A stretch of 63,471 nucleotides of DNA, filler included, from Hausera hauseri (Eukaryota), in the NCBI GenBank assembly GCA_046269625.1. It is 11 parts of 11 records of this genome, joined end to end, with 100 filler letters (N's around TTAATTAATTAA, not from the genome) between each part and the next. Parts side by side here need not be neighbours in the genome. Positions count along the whole stretch, not along the records: positions 1 to 4,727 come from JBJURY010459467.1; positions 4,828 to 10,199 come from JBJURY010268286.1; positions 10,300 to 14,255 come from JBJURY010859522.1; 8 more parts are not named here. One strand, given 5' to 3'. The position numbers and the translations under genes are program-made. This document shows positions 1-11,954 of this stretch, piece by piece (within the stretch, counting starts at the first letter, position 1; each line of letters starts with the position of its first letter). Under the pieces are notes generated by a model. That model saw only the letters and a list, made by a program, of their open reading frames with translations. It was not told where the DNA came from and ran no database searches.

Positions 1-619
1 ATTCTCGAAAGGGTTCATCCTTTGCCGCGACACGATGATTGCCTCAGTTATTCGCAGATCTTGTAGACTGCTCGTTGAGTCTGTTTCTCATTCTTCGATC
101 TCTGTATCTTCCGTATGAAAAATTTCTAATCTGCTATCATAATACAAATTTCTTGGACGCCTGTTTCTTCATGCTTTCTTTGGAAGCACTGGTGACCCAA
201 ATGACCAGGTCGTCTACAAGTTGAACATCGAATATTTAGACGCATATGTCAGTAAGGTAAAAATACATATTCTGAACCATGGCCCCTCTCCTGTCCCCTA
301 ACTTCCGGTCACGTGATAGGTTGCGCAATTTCACATTGACTTGCGTCACTTTTTCCTACAAATCTTACATAATTTTGGCCACTACACACGTGACTTTTAC
401 TCGATATTGCCGCGGAAAATGTGCATTACATGACGCGCGCACGTGACAATTTTAAAACATCTGGAAGAATGCTTAGAAGATTGTGTAATCGACATTAAAG
501 AAAATGTGTTTTTTTGGAATTGCACAGAAACCAAAAAACATTATCGTTCATATGGATAACGGGCTCATAACACCCTATGTATGTTCTGAGCATGTTCCGG
601 TTTTTCATTGAAAATGGCA

Positions 620-1210
620 GGAAATTCAATATCTCAGCTCATAGGAGTCACACAGAGTTCGTTTATGTGTCATTTAATGCAGTTCAATTAGCCGAGATCA
701 CCGGTATATATTACGACGTTATGCAAGCAAAGAGAGCGGATCTATAAGCAAAAATGTGAGCAAAAAATAAAATTTATTTTGAGCATAACTCAAATTCCAC
801 TCATGGATTTGAGTTATAAATCATGCTACGTTGTAATATTTTCCGAGATATATCAGTCAGTATCCGTATTTAGTCACTCTGACTGCCCGGTCTGGTGTAG
901 GGGTATTTTGCGCTAGAGCAATTTTAACTTTTCTATAAATAGTTAATACGCAATAACTCAGCAACCATAAATGATACAAAACTGCACCATACACCAACGG
1001 AAAGATCCAGCCGCGATGCATAGACACAGGTCATGAATGGTTACAGTGAGTACTAGACTCAAAAAGCCCAAAATATTGTGTTGTGAGCATTACTCAAAAT
1101 CCATCCATGTATCAGATTGATTTTTCGATTTTTATGTAGTAGTATTTCCCGAGCTCTATCAGTCGGTAGCCGACTTGAATCAGTCTAGCTCCTCGGTCGG
1201 TTACAGGAAG
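620..1210. repeat. Degenerate ~150/305-bp internal repeat, probably a non-autonomous DNA transposon
   Basis: 775-900 (gagcataactcaaattcc...ttccgagatatatcagtcagtatccg) recurs at ~1080-1205 (gagcattactcaaaatcc...ttcccgagctctatcagtcggtagccg). Related ataactc/atatctc motifs at ~630 and ~953. Hairpin ataactcaaat...atttgagttat at ~785-817. Confidence 0.4.
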
Positions 1211-2061
1211 CTCAGGTAAGTGCAATTTGTTTTTTCAGAATGCTTTATGAATAATGAACTGAGCTTGATGAGTAATGCGTTGTGCTCAGCGTGTGTATAT
1301 CAAGGCGTGAGTATATAAGTGAAGCATTATTTAAACTTTGGATAATTCACACAAAAATCGATTAAACGACTAGTTCATTCTTTAATTTTTCATTTATAGC
1401 AAACTTGATAATAGAAATATATTAATATATATAAATAAGGTGCTTGTTTCAAATCATTAAAAGTGAAATATCATTTATAGGGTCATTGAACAGTATATAA
1501 ATAGAAAAATTATTTCTTAAGTAGATATTTATTTGTTTCGTGGAAAAAAAGAAATGTCTGCGACTGATTTAAAATGTTCAGTTGACGATATTGAGGTTTT
1601 TTGCCATTGAAATTAAATTGTAGTGGAATGAGCTACATACTCCATTCAATATATGAGAAAACGGTTTGGCTTCCGGATTACTCGCACGGCGGTGTATGGG
1701 AAAATTAAAATTTATGTAGCCTTATTTAGACGTATTGTAAATGAAATTGAATTACCAACATAATGAAATTCTCAGATTGAAAATTTTAATCAATGCTTAC
1801 ATTAACAAAAACGAATCTAATGACAGTGAATGTTATTGCTGAAATAATTTTTTCGTTTTAATCTTGTCATATATTTTTTACTCAAGTAAAGTTTAGTAGT
1901 TAATTGTCTATTAATGTTTATGATGTTATTTGCCCATAGTCCAACATTATTTATTACATAAAGGGTTTAGTTGTGTACAGTGTTTATTATGTTATATACT
2001 CATAGTCCAACACGTATATTACGTTATATGCTCAGAGTTTACATTGCAGTTTAGATTGACA

Positions 2062-2660
2062 TACAGTATTGGCCGAAAGTTTGGAACACCCTTCGATTTT
2101 TTTAAATAATTTGCTTTAAAATGCTATACAAAATAAACTACCCAACAGGACGTCATAATTTTAATCCTGGTATAAGACTGGATCAAGTATATTATAAAAA
2201 GAGTTCTTATGCTTATTGTTTAGTATTTGCTATACTGGCCCTTGCTGGCAAACTCTGCCTCAATTCGCTGGGGCATTGAGGCTACCAGTGCTTCGAAGTA
2301 TTGCCGAGCGATGGTAGTGGTTCACACTTTCTTTATTGCCTCCTGCAGGCTTTTTACCTACGTAGGACCTTCTATTCTGAGACCTTGCGCTTCATCTGCG
2401 TCCGCAGGTTCTCAATTTGATTGAGGTAAGGGCTTGCTCTAGATCAAGGAACCAGTACCTCAATTCCTTTGGTGTGCAGCCACTGTAATACGGTAGCACT
2501 ACGGTGGCAGGAACTACGTCGTGCTGCAAAATGGTGCAACTGAGAATGTTCATATGAGGTTGAAGCTTGTCCTTCAAAATCTGCAGGTAAACGTGACCAT
2601 TGATGGTCATTTTGAGTTTTATGAACCATATACCTCCTCGGCCAGAAGCACTGAAGCTTG
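2062..2660 (-). mobile_element. Tc1-family (DD34E-type) transposon, 3' part with one TIR, degenerate
   Basis: TA + CAGTATTGGCCGAAAGTTTGGAACACC TIR at 2062-2090. Minus-strand frames give INGHVYLQILKDKLQPHM..ILQHD, SPYLNQIENL (cf. SPDLNPIENLW) and the typical C-terminus SMPQRIEAEFASKGQYSKY*. Frameshifted. Confidence 0.88.
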
Positions 2661-2749
2661 CCTAAACCATAGCTGGTGGAGCTTTCTTGACAGTCGGGAC
2701 TACAAATCTTATGTTGTACCTCTGGTTAGGGGTCGCCTGACTACAGTGG

Positions 2750-4727
2750 TTGATGGATGGAACTGGGAGAAGGTTGCCTCGTCCGAAAACAGATGTCGAT
2801 GGAGAAATTGCAAAGGGGGCATTCAAAACATCCCGCAAATCTGCATTGATGGACACGGATATCCCAACATACATTCAGGTTGAAGGAAATAAAATAATCC
2901 ATGAAGCAGACGGAAATAAAAGTAAAAAAGTTGATGGACACTGGAAAGAATTTTAAAAATCAACATTAAAATAAATATTTCCCTATGAGCGGATCATTGT
3001 ACATCCCTCTGCCAGAATGGATAAAACGAACCACATAATGTGTGAATATTATGAACTACCATAATAATCTCTATCTCAAATATGTAATTTTAACAAAAAT
3101 ACGTACAGATCAACAGAATGATAGAAATCTAAACAGAGCTAATAAATGCAACAATCTACAGCACTCATACGATTTTTCCATAATCAGCCAGTTTCCACCA
3201 AGTATGAATGAATAACAAAAAATTTGGAAAGGCCAACAACTTATCAATCAATGTATTCGGCATAGAAGAGAAAACGAAAAAAGTATATCCACTGAAAATT
3301 TTTAAAGAAAAGGATGACTATCGAGATCTGTTGTTCATAAGTGATGAAGAAAACAACAACAACATCAGTGGAAATGAAATAATTTTGGCTACATTCGTCA
3401 AATTCAATAGACTGGTTACTTCACAAATATCCAGAAATCAACACCGCATATTCATCTGTAAGCAATGTTCAATACACTACAAGTGAAACGATATTGGAGC
3501 AACATAAATTGTACTATTCAAAAAACAATTTCTCCGTGCTGATTCCCCCAAAGTTTATCGAATTTAAGGAATACGAAAAACCATGCATATTCCGATTGTA
3601 ATTTACTGTGATTTCGAAACCATTGCATACATATAATGCACAAAACGGACAGTCAAATACAACGATGAAGCAGATCCTTGAACCAATATCTTTTTGAAGG
3701 TTCAGAGAAGGTTACAGTGTAGAACCGTGTTTGTACAGAGGACCGAATGCAGCAGAATTATTCATGAAGGAGCTGGACAATATTGTCTGGAATACAGAAA
3801 TAATGAGGGATAAATCGATGGAGGTGTTACGAGGAGAAGAAAGAGAACACCATAATCAAGCAACAGTGTGCTAGTTGTGAAAATCCATTCACCGAACAAA
3901 AAGGTGAAATACATGATCACGACCACTTGACAGGGAATATCGAGGCCACGCCTGTCACAAATGCAACCTCATATGTAAAGGGGTTCGATTCATCCAGTTA
4001 TTTTCCACAATTTATCAGGATACGATTCCCATTTCTTTACTCGAGAACTTAGTGAATCGCAAGGTGGTATAACAGTAATCCCATACAATCAAGAACGGTA
4101 TATCACGTTCACGAAACATGTGGAGAAAATTTGAATTGCGGTTTATCGAAAGTTTTAAGTTTATGAACAGTAACCTCGATGAACTGGCATGAAATCTACC
4201 TCCGAACGCCTTTACGGAAGCAATGTTGCACTTTGATGATGAACGATTTTACAGTATGGTAAGAAGAAAAGGTGTATTTCCATATGAATACATCACCGAC
4301 TACAGCAAACTGGAAGAAATATCACTACCACCGAAAGATAAATTTTTCTTTTCCGTATATCAATCAAACGTGTCTTATGAAGATTATTGTCATGCACAAA
4401 ATGTGTGGGAAACATTCAGCTGCAAAAATCTTGTACAACACAATGACATATATTTGAAGACTGGCGTATTACTGTTAACCGCTGTATTTGAAAGTTTCCG
4501 CACATTAACAGTAGTGTCACAGTCGATCCATCCCATTATTTCACAGCACCGGGGATGACATGGAGAGCAATGCTGTAGATGACAAGGATTAAGCTGCAGA
4601 TCCTAAAGGATTACGGTATGCTATTGATGGTGGAAAAAGGAATTAAAGGATGTCTATGCCAAGTCATACATCTATATGCAGAAGCCAACAACCCACATAT
4701 GCATAAGAAGCACTACGAAAACAAACA
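2750..4727 (+). pseudogene. Protein-primed family B DNA polymerase (Polinton/Maverick/adintovirus-like) with inserted endonuclease VII-like Zn domain; fragmented, truncated by contig end
   Basis: Successive frames give YIPLPEWIK, NNLSINVFG, IPIVIYCDFET (Exo I), HDHDHLTG..RGHACHKCNL (EndoVII-like, ~3866-3975), [11 protein letters not shown] (Exo II), RRKGVFPYEY, EDYCHAQNVW, YLKTGVLLLTAVFESFR, YFTAPGMTW and LMVEKGIKGCLCQV..AEANN. Several stops and frameshifts. Confidence 0.88.
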
Positions 4728-4827
4728 NNNNNNNNNNNNNNNNNNNNNNNNNNNNNNNNNNNNNNNNNNNNTTAATTAATTAANNNNNNNNNNNNNNNNN
4801 NNNNNNNNNNNNNNNNNNNNNNNNNNN
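4728..4827. other. Artificial contig spacer (first of 10; others at 10200-10299, 14256-14355, 25582-25681, 31336-31435, 36052-36151, 40876-40975, 47057-47156, 51496-51595, 59109-59208)
   Basis: 44 N + TTAATTAATTAA (stop codons in all six frames) + 44 N, repeated identically. Composition and content change abruptly at each spacer. Confidence 0.98.
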
Positions 4828-4956
4828 GGCGCAATTTAACGTAAACCTACTGATGCTCAAAGTATAGGAGGCGTAGTGAAATTGAACAAATAGGTTGAAG
4901 ACCTGGCGTTGATGAGGTAAATCCTTGACCATCCTGTTAATTTCAAATCAAGTTCG

Positions 4957-5012
<56 letters not shown>
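4957..5012. repeat. (GTTA)14 microsatellite
   Basis: Perfect tetranucleotide run. Confidence 0.95.
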
Positions 5013-5014
5013 AA

Positions 5015-5277
5015 TTCCAGGTGATCTTGCAGATCTGTATCTTTCTTTCCTTGATTCCAAATTTTTAACATACGCTTTCTTCCAGTTCTGTGTTCTTTAA
5101 CCAAACCTCTGTTACCTCCAGTATGGCGCTCATATCTGACCGGTCCTCGCGTTACCCCAGGTTCATGCATTCTGGATAGGGACACATATTCTGACTCTTT
5201 AGCAGAATCCTCCTTCCAGGTGATCTTGCAGATCTGTATATTTCTTTCCTTGATACCAAATTTTTAACATACGCTTT
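5015..5277. repeat. 64-bp direct repeat pair (5015-5078 and 5214-5277)
   Basis: ttccaggtgatcttgcagatctgtat.tttctttccttgat.ccaaatttttaacatacgcttt occurs twice with about 2 mismatches. Confidence 0.85.
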
Positions 5278-5745
5278 GTGGCATTATTTTTTTATCTTGT
5301 TGCCTGTGACTTTTATGTTTCAGTTGCAACGGCATGCCAGAAACTTAGAACTCAGTGGAGCATCCCCCCGTGTACGTTTTCTACTGCACAGGGCTGACCT
5401 CTCTCGGGATAATTACGTACGTCATTGTTAGTCCCACCACAGTTGGAGATTTAAGTAATCTCTTGCCCCCATGCCTTATTGGTTGGGAATCTCTGCGTAC
5501 TATGTCCGACTCTAATCTAGGGCGCTCAGTTGTCTCGATCTTTGACGTCCGCCTCGAGAGTAGTATATTATGTACAAGACGGTTAGCATATGGCCTGGAG
5601 CAATACATTATATATGAAAAACCCGAAGCAAGCCTGGAGCATGAAGACAAGTAAATGGAGACAATTTTGATTGTACGGATTATAGGACAGACAATCTTGC
5701 AAGGTAAGCGGGGAGACAATTTTGGGCTAATAGAACTTATCTGGG

Positions 5746-6305
5746 AAAAAATATTAATAGAGTTTATATAGGCAATATAAATGTAGTTTATAGAATAAAT
5801 ACTAAGACTGTGGTGGCGTGTTGGTTCTGATCGAGAGAAGGGTGGTGGAGCATCATCAATTCCTAACCTTCCAGTAACTTTTGAGATATACGTTTGTGGT
5901 TCTTCTTCTATATTTGTCTTGTCCAAAGGGCTGAGATAGGGTTTTGGTGCATCGATGAAATTTAAGGAGGCGATGGAGTTTAAAAATATTAAAGCTAAGA
6001 CCGTGGGCAGGGGCGTGTTGGTTCTTCTAAACGATAGGAGAGTCGGCCATCTGGGCGGTGGATCATCATCACTGTTTAATAGAGCTTATATGAGTAAATA
6101 TTAATAGAGCTTATATACGGAAAATATTAATAGAGCTTATATAGGGAAATATTACTAGCAAAAGCAAACTCACAAGAGAGCTAATAAAAAGGAGGATATC
6201 TGATCATCAGAAGGTAACTCCCTTCGGACAAGTGTTTCGGCAGGGAAATATTAATAGAGCTTATGTAGGGAAATTGTTAATAGATCTCATAAAGGGAAAT
6301 ATTAA
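5746..6305. repeat. ~24-bp minisatellite units (aaatattaatagagcttatatagg)
   Basis: Copies at ~5746, 6075-6155 (about three) and 6244-6305 (about two). On the minus strand they read as (F)PYISSINI-like octapeptides. Confidence 0.75.
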
Positions 6306-8110
6306 ACCTAAGCCTGTGGGAGGCAGGAAAAGTGTTGGTTCTTCTAACTGAGCGATAAGAGGGTCGACCTATAGCATCTAGATGGTGCATCATCATCATC
6401 ATTGTCTATTAGTCACTAAGACCTACTGACACCTCCATCTTGGAGAGGTGAGAGAATAGTAAGATTGTGGGAGGATGGGCTGGAAACATTTTGCTTCTTC
6501 TAAATCTAAGCGACAGGAGGGCTGATCTATAGTGTCTGAGTGGCAGATCATCATCATTGTCTAAGACAAATCAAGACCCTATGACACCTCCACAGCTAGG
6601 ATATGAAGACAGGTGCATTTCAGACATATTTGGCATGAGGCATATTTCTTCTTTTTAGCTACTAGTCATCATCATTGTCTAAGATTGACCAAGACCTAGC
6701 GACACTTCCATCTTTGAGAGTTGAGACAATAAAAAATAAGACTGGTGGAAGGATGAAGCATAGATCTGAGACGTGTTTCTTCTTAGGGTCATCAGCAGAG
6801 AGTGGTGAATTATCATAACCATTGTCTAAGACTGACCAAGACCTTCCAGCACCTCCATCTTGGACATATGGGATAATAGTAAGACTATAGCAAAATAAAC
6901 TGGGATCGTATTGCTTCTTCCAACTCTGAGTGACAGATGGGTCAACATATACCATCTAGGCGGTGGATCATTATCATTGGCTATTAGTGACCAATACCTT
7001 CTGACACCTCCATTTTTGAGCTGTGAGATAATAGTAATACTGTAGAAGGCTGAGCTAGGTTGTATTGCTTCTTCTAAATCTGAGAGACAAGAGGGTCGAC
7101 CTATAGCATCTGGACGGTGCTTCATTATCATTGACTATTAGTCACCAAGACCTACTAACACCTCAATCTTGTAGAGGTGAGATAATAGTAAGAATATGGG
7201 AGGATGAGCTGGAAGCATATTGCTTTTTCTAAATCTAAGCGACAGGAGGGTCGACCTATACCATATAGGTAGTGGATCATTATCATTGTCTAAGACTGAC
7301 CAAATCCTACCGACACTTCTATCTTTGAGAATTGAGATTATAATAAGATTGGTGGGAGGATGAAGCAGAAATCAGAGACATATTTCTTCTTATGGTCATC
7401 AGCAGAGAATGGCGGATCATCATCGTCGCACACTAAGACAGACCAAGACCTACTGAGACCTCCATCTTTGAGAATTGAGATAACAGTAAGACTATAGAAC
7501 AATGATTTAGCGGGCTCGTTACTTCTTGCTGAAGGACAGAAGAATCACCTATACTATCTAGGTGGTGGATTATCATCATTGGTTATTAGTGATCAAAACC
7601 TACCGGCACCTCCATCTTGGAGATAACTGATAATAGTAAGACTATGGGAGGATGAGCTGAGGGCGCGTTGCTTCGACTTATACCATCTAGGCAGTGGATC
7701 ATCATTATTGGTTATTAGTGACCAAAAACTACTTATACCTACATTTTAGAGCGTTGAGATAATAGTAAGACTTAGGACGATGGGGGCATTCGGATCAGAG
7801 GCGTGTGGCTTCTTCCAAATCTGAACGACATGAGGATCGACCTATAGCATCTGGACGGTGGATCATTATCATTGTCTAACTGACAAGACCTTCCTTCACA
7901 GCCCTTGGCAGAGTGGACTTGTACAACCTAATAGCGGGTGGAGCTGGAGGGCTGTTAGATGACGTTACATTTGTATTGGGTCGGATCCGTTGTATAAGGC
8001 GTTGTTGGTCGTCATAATGTTCTAAAACTGACAAAGACCTGTCGTTAACTCCATTGGCAGTGGACTTATAAAACCTAGTAGCGGGTGGAGCTGGAGGGCT
8101 GACGACTTTA
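5800..8110 (-). repeat. Degenerate ~150-bp tandem array (about 12-14 units) with higher-order structure; probably a decayed repeat-coding gene
   Basis: Anchor atcatt(g)tctaagactgaccaagacct / tattagt.acca recurs at ~6400, 6555, 6672, 6822, 6975, 7130, 7283, 7430, 7577, 7705, 7870 and 8015. Minus-strand translation repeatedly gives DGG..RSWSVLDNDDDPPPRW. Confidence 0.8.
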
Positions 8111-8293
8111 AATTTGTGTTGGGTCGGCTTTTGTCTTTTCTTCATAGGTTCGTCAGCAAAAGATGGCAGATCATCATCATCATTACCTAGATGTCTTTAT
8201 GAGGTTGGCCGAAGGGCGAATAATAGTCAAACCTCTAAAGTGGCTAGTAGTAATAAAATGGAGACATAGATTTGTTCGTCGTATCAGAGAGAC

Positions 8294-8296
<3 letters not shown>

Positions 8297-8373
<77 letters not shown>
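8297..8373. repeat. (AG)n microsatellite
   Basis: Perfect dinucleotide run. Confidence 0.97.
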
Positions 8374-8376
<3 letters not shown>

Positions 8377-8564
8377 TCGCACACAGAAACCTGAAAGTGG
8401 AAAAACAACTAAAGAGGAATTTTACATCAAGCTAGCTTTTGTGTACAGCATATCAAGAGGCGTCAATATCATAATGGGTGATCCGAAGGCAAAATATTTG
8501 AGACGAAAATAAGGGGTATGAAGACATAATGCGTTTTAACGGACTTTGGACAATAAACTAAAAA

Positions 8565-9608
8565 GGGAGAAAGTGCCAACATTGAGACCGTAACAAGTGA
8601 ACAGATACGGAAAATATTAGAAGAAAAGTTTAATATCGTCAAAGTAGAAGAGAAATTGACAAACTTGCACTGAAACTGATATGCTGAAAATAAAGATGCA
8701 TGATGCTTACAGATGCTACGGATGATATTACGCGTCGAAGAAACAGGTTGATCACAGGAATGAATATGAGAAACTCACGTGTACATAACAGGAGTATTGG
8801 GTCCGATACTGAACAGTTAACGGTAGCTATTGGAAGCATTTTTAAGGAAGCTGACCTTTCTACTCTCTCTGCTAAGCAAGTGGGACATATGTTGGAGGAT
8901 AAGTTTCACATTGATTTATTACCCAGAGCACGTGCACTGGAGGAGTTGGTGCTGCAGTTATTTGATCATTATATTGAAGTGGATGGAATGCAGGCGACTG
9001 TTCGTTTAAAACAGGTTGATCGAGATAGAAGTCCAGAGAGGATATCGAATGAGATTAATCATATTGTTGTTAGTCAAGATGTTCATGATGATACCATAGC
9101 AGCCACAAGTGAGATGGACCGACAGATTCTAGAAGTTCATGAACAGTGTAAGCATTCTCAAGCAGCACTAGAAGCGAAGATTCAAGAGATTCAGATGATT
9201 ACTGCTCAGAAGGATAAAGAAACGGCTGACATTCAAAACTTAATGTCTGAAATAGTGGAAGCATGTTGTCAAGTTAGTGAAGACAGACATGTGAGGAATC
9301 ATTGAAAGGATTCTGATATACAAGGGTTAGAGAAACAGTATGCAGACACTGAGACTCAATGTGGAGAAAACATTGTGAAGAAGAGAGGGCATATTAAACA
9401 AGAGAGAGTCATACGGAAGCCTAGAGATACAGTTGATTTGCAAACAGGGGCACGACCACCGGATACTGTCGAAAGTGTCGGACGAAAGACACATAAGGTG
9501 GAAACGAATGTCGTCAGTCGAATGTGGGATAGCCTTCGAACAGGGTACCAGATTGCTTTCGGCAATGAGGTAAGACAGTTGCGGCAGATGAATACAGATG
9601 AATTGTAA
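8565..9608 (+). pseudogene. Protein with two DEK-C-like domains and a coiled coil; main open segment 8700-9305
   Basis: 8805-8969 reads TEQLTVAIGSIFKEADLSTLSAKQVGHMLEDKFHIDLLPRARALEELV, fitting the DEK_C pattern (I..I...ADL...T.K.VR..LE..F..DL..RK..I..LV). A frameshifted second copy at ~8565-8685 reads SANIETVTSEQIRKILEEKFNI/SRREIDKLALKLI. No introns. Confidence 0.62.
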
Positions 9609-9653
9609 ATGTAAAATAGAGATGAAAAGAAGTTGACGTAAATAGGTGACAAA

Positions 9654-9728
9654 TGATGAAGTAGTAGTCGTTGATGAAGTAGTAGTAGTTGATGAAGTAG
9701 TAGTCGTTGATGAAGTAGCAGTCGATGA
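9654..9728 (+). repeat. 18-bp tandem repeat x4 (gatgaagtagtagtcgtt; DEVVVV)
   Basis: Seen directly in the sequence. Confidence 0.85.
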
Positions 9729-10299
9729 TTATAGCTGTCAAGAAGTAAGCAAACATGATGCATTCACGAATAAGAATAAGTTGTTGAGATGACTATTAAA
9801 TCACATAGGTTTGGTAAAGTTCCCATTAACAGTAAGTTGAATTGCAAAGGGTCGTATACTTAACGTGAAAGATAATATGAATGTAAACTGAAGTATCAGA
9901 TTCCTAATATAAAGATTGTTGAGTACGAGTTCCTTAACTGTAGATTAAGTTCACGGTTTTATGAACAAGTAGTATTAATATTTTCAAAGTTGGGTATCAA
10001 AGATTTCTTGCGAAAGTAAATAATTTTGAGTTGGTGTATATAAGTACAGATTGAGATCATATAGATCCAGTAAAAAAGTTGTTGTATACATTTTGTTACC
10101 GGGGTTACATAAGTAGAGACTCAAGTTAATATAGTAGTTTGAAAAAGATATTTCTGGGAGAAATTTATCTTTTTGTAAAAGGAGAGGGCAGAATAAGGAN
10201 NNNNNNNNNNNNNNNNNNNNNNNNNNNNNNNNNNNNNNNNNNNTTAATTAATTAANNNNNNNNNNNNNNNNNNNNNNNNNNNNNNNNNNNNNNNNNNNN

Positions 10300-10731
10300 G
10301 TGTTTGAAAGAATAGAGGTGGACGAGAATCTTGTGGATATTGATGCTGCTGAGAAAGAAGAATGCCCAGTTTGCGATGCGAACTTATACCAAGGATTCGT
10401 AGTCCTAGATAATAAAGATTGCAGTCATAAGTACTGCCGACACTGCTGAGAGACGTGGACCCTGAAAAATGGGAAGACGATCTGCCCGGTATGTAGGGCC
10501 GAAGCCACAAGGTTGCGATATTATTCAAATGGAGAAAATAACAAGATAGTGGAAATATTCCAAGAAAGACCTAGTACGTCCTACCATATTGACTCACGAT
10601 CACCATCAAACGAGGTAGAGTCGGAAACGGACTTACGTGGACAAATGGAACGTTTACGACAAACTCCCGGCACCTCTACTGACGCAATGGGCACATTCGA
10701 GAGTGCCGTTCAGGGAGGAGAAATGTTATAA
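10300..10731 (+). pseudogene. C3HC4 RING-finger protein, 5'-truncated, with one in-frame TGA
   Basis: Frame from 10300: EECPVCDANLYQGFVVLDNKDCSHKYCRHC*ETWTLKNGKTICPVCR. TGA at 10447-10449. Same frame as ORF 10513-10731. AATAAA at ~10881. Confidence 0.8.
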
Positions 10732-11954
10732 AGTACGACAGTAACGACTGAAGTACGACGGTGACGACTGTCGATAGTTGATTGTAGTAGTATAGCGGTA
10801 TTGTAAATAATTATACCGACTCGAAGTTTTATTTATGTAAATAATTAGTAGTTAAGCTGAATGTTTACCATTATTTATATAATAAACGTAGTTAATCAGA
10901 ATAATCAGTAAGAAGATATGAATGTTTACAAAATTAAATTATTAAAAATTGGCGAAAATGAATTTCAAATGGTTTCGTAAATGTAAATACGGAAATTGGA
11001 TGGATATATAAGCAGCGCACAAAATGATGAAACGAGAAGTTAGAAACTACGTGGTAAATTGTAAAGCTTGAAGCAAAGAAGATTTTGTTGAACGAATCTT
11101 ATTGAAACTTGTGAAAACTTGTGGAACGATTCAGTTGAAGCTCAGAGATTGTGATCGGATATTCCAATTGAAAGACGTTCATCGTTATTGATATATTGGT
11201 GTGTAGTAATTTATTTTTTTTTGTTAATAAATTTGTGTTATAAAATTTCTATAGTTTTTCGTCGCTCCTTAAGAGGGACTAGCACCACACTAAGAACTAA
11301 AATCAATCTAAACTTCATAGTTAGGACTAGAGATTGTAACATACACATTCATCTGCACGCAGTACCTGCAAGTTAAAATAAGTGCAAACTTCTAACGAGA
11401 ACGTTAGAACTTATCTGCTGTAATAACTAAATTAAAAATTAATTTTCATTGTTATAGTTGGGTGACGAATAGGGCCCACCTTCAACTCTTAACAAGTATT
11501 TCAATTATTAATGACAATACAGTGTTGAAGTATAGGCCTCGACTTTTAAATTATGCCCTTGTTATCAAGAATGCTGATATGAAAATTTTCAAAATTCTAT
11601 AAAAATATTACTCATAGTAAACAAAGAACTAAATATATATTTCAACAATCATTGTTACAAAGACGTAATAATGATGCTATATGTAAGGTCAACCACGTAT
11701 ATGTATCTGTAAAACAATTAAATAATAGAATAATAATAAATTAAAAGGGGAAGATTCCATTTTATGCAAAGGTCATATCGAATTCAAGCACTTCGCTAAT
11801 TTCAAGCAATGTAGATCTTCCTGATGAGCTCATTTTGTAACCTAGATTTTTTATATTTATAACTGCACGGCACTCTGCCGGAAGAGATTGGATACGACTT
11901 CCTTTTGAACGAAATGTGCACTATTTGTTTACTTTTAATGAAAAATCTTCCTAT

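Noticed and set aside
4772-4783. Recurrent TTAATTAATTAA motif as a biological repeat or piggyBac TTAA site
   Set aside because: It is always centred in 44+44 N and is an artificial six-frame-stop linker. The similar TAATTAATTAA at ~50227 has no Ns and is coincidental.
4957-5012. Telomeric repeat
   Set aside because: The unit is TTAG, not TTAGG or TTAGGG, and it is internal.
5800-8110. CRISPR-like array (also considered for 14089-14192)
   Set aside because: Whole units are homologous, with no unique spacers of CRISPR length. There are no cas genes and the context is eukaryotic.
8163-8435. ORF with an (RE)n tract
   Set aside because: It is produced by the (AG)n microsatellite.
2750-10731. 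pPolB + DEK-C + RING as one endogenous virus
   Set aside because: They lie on three separate contigs, so their adjacency is artificial.
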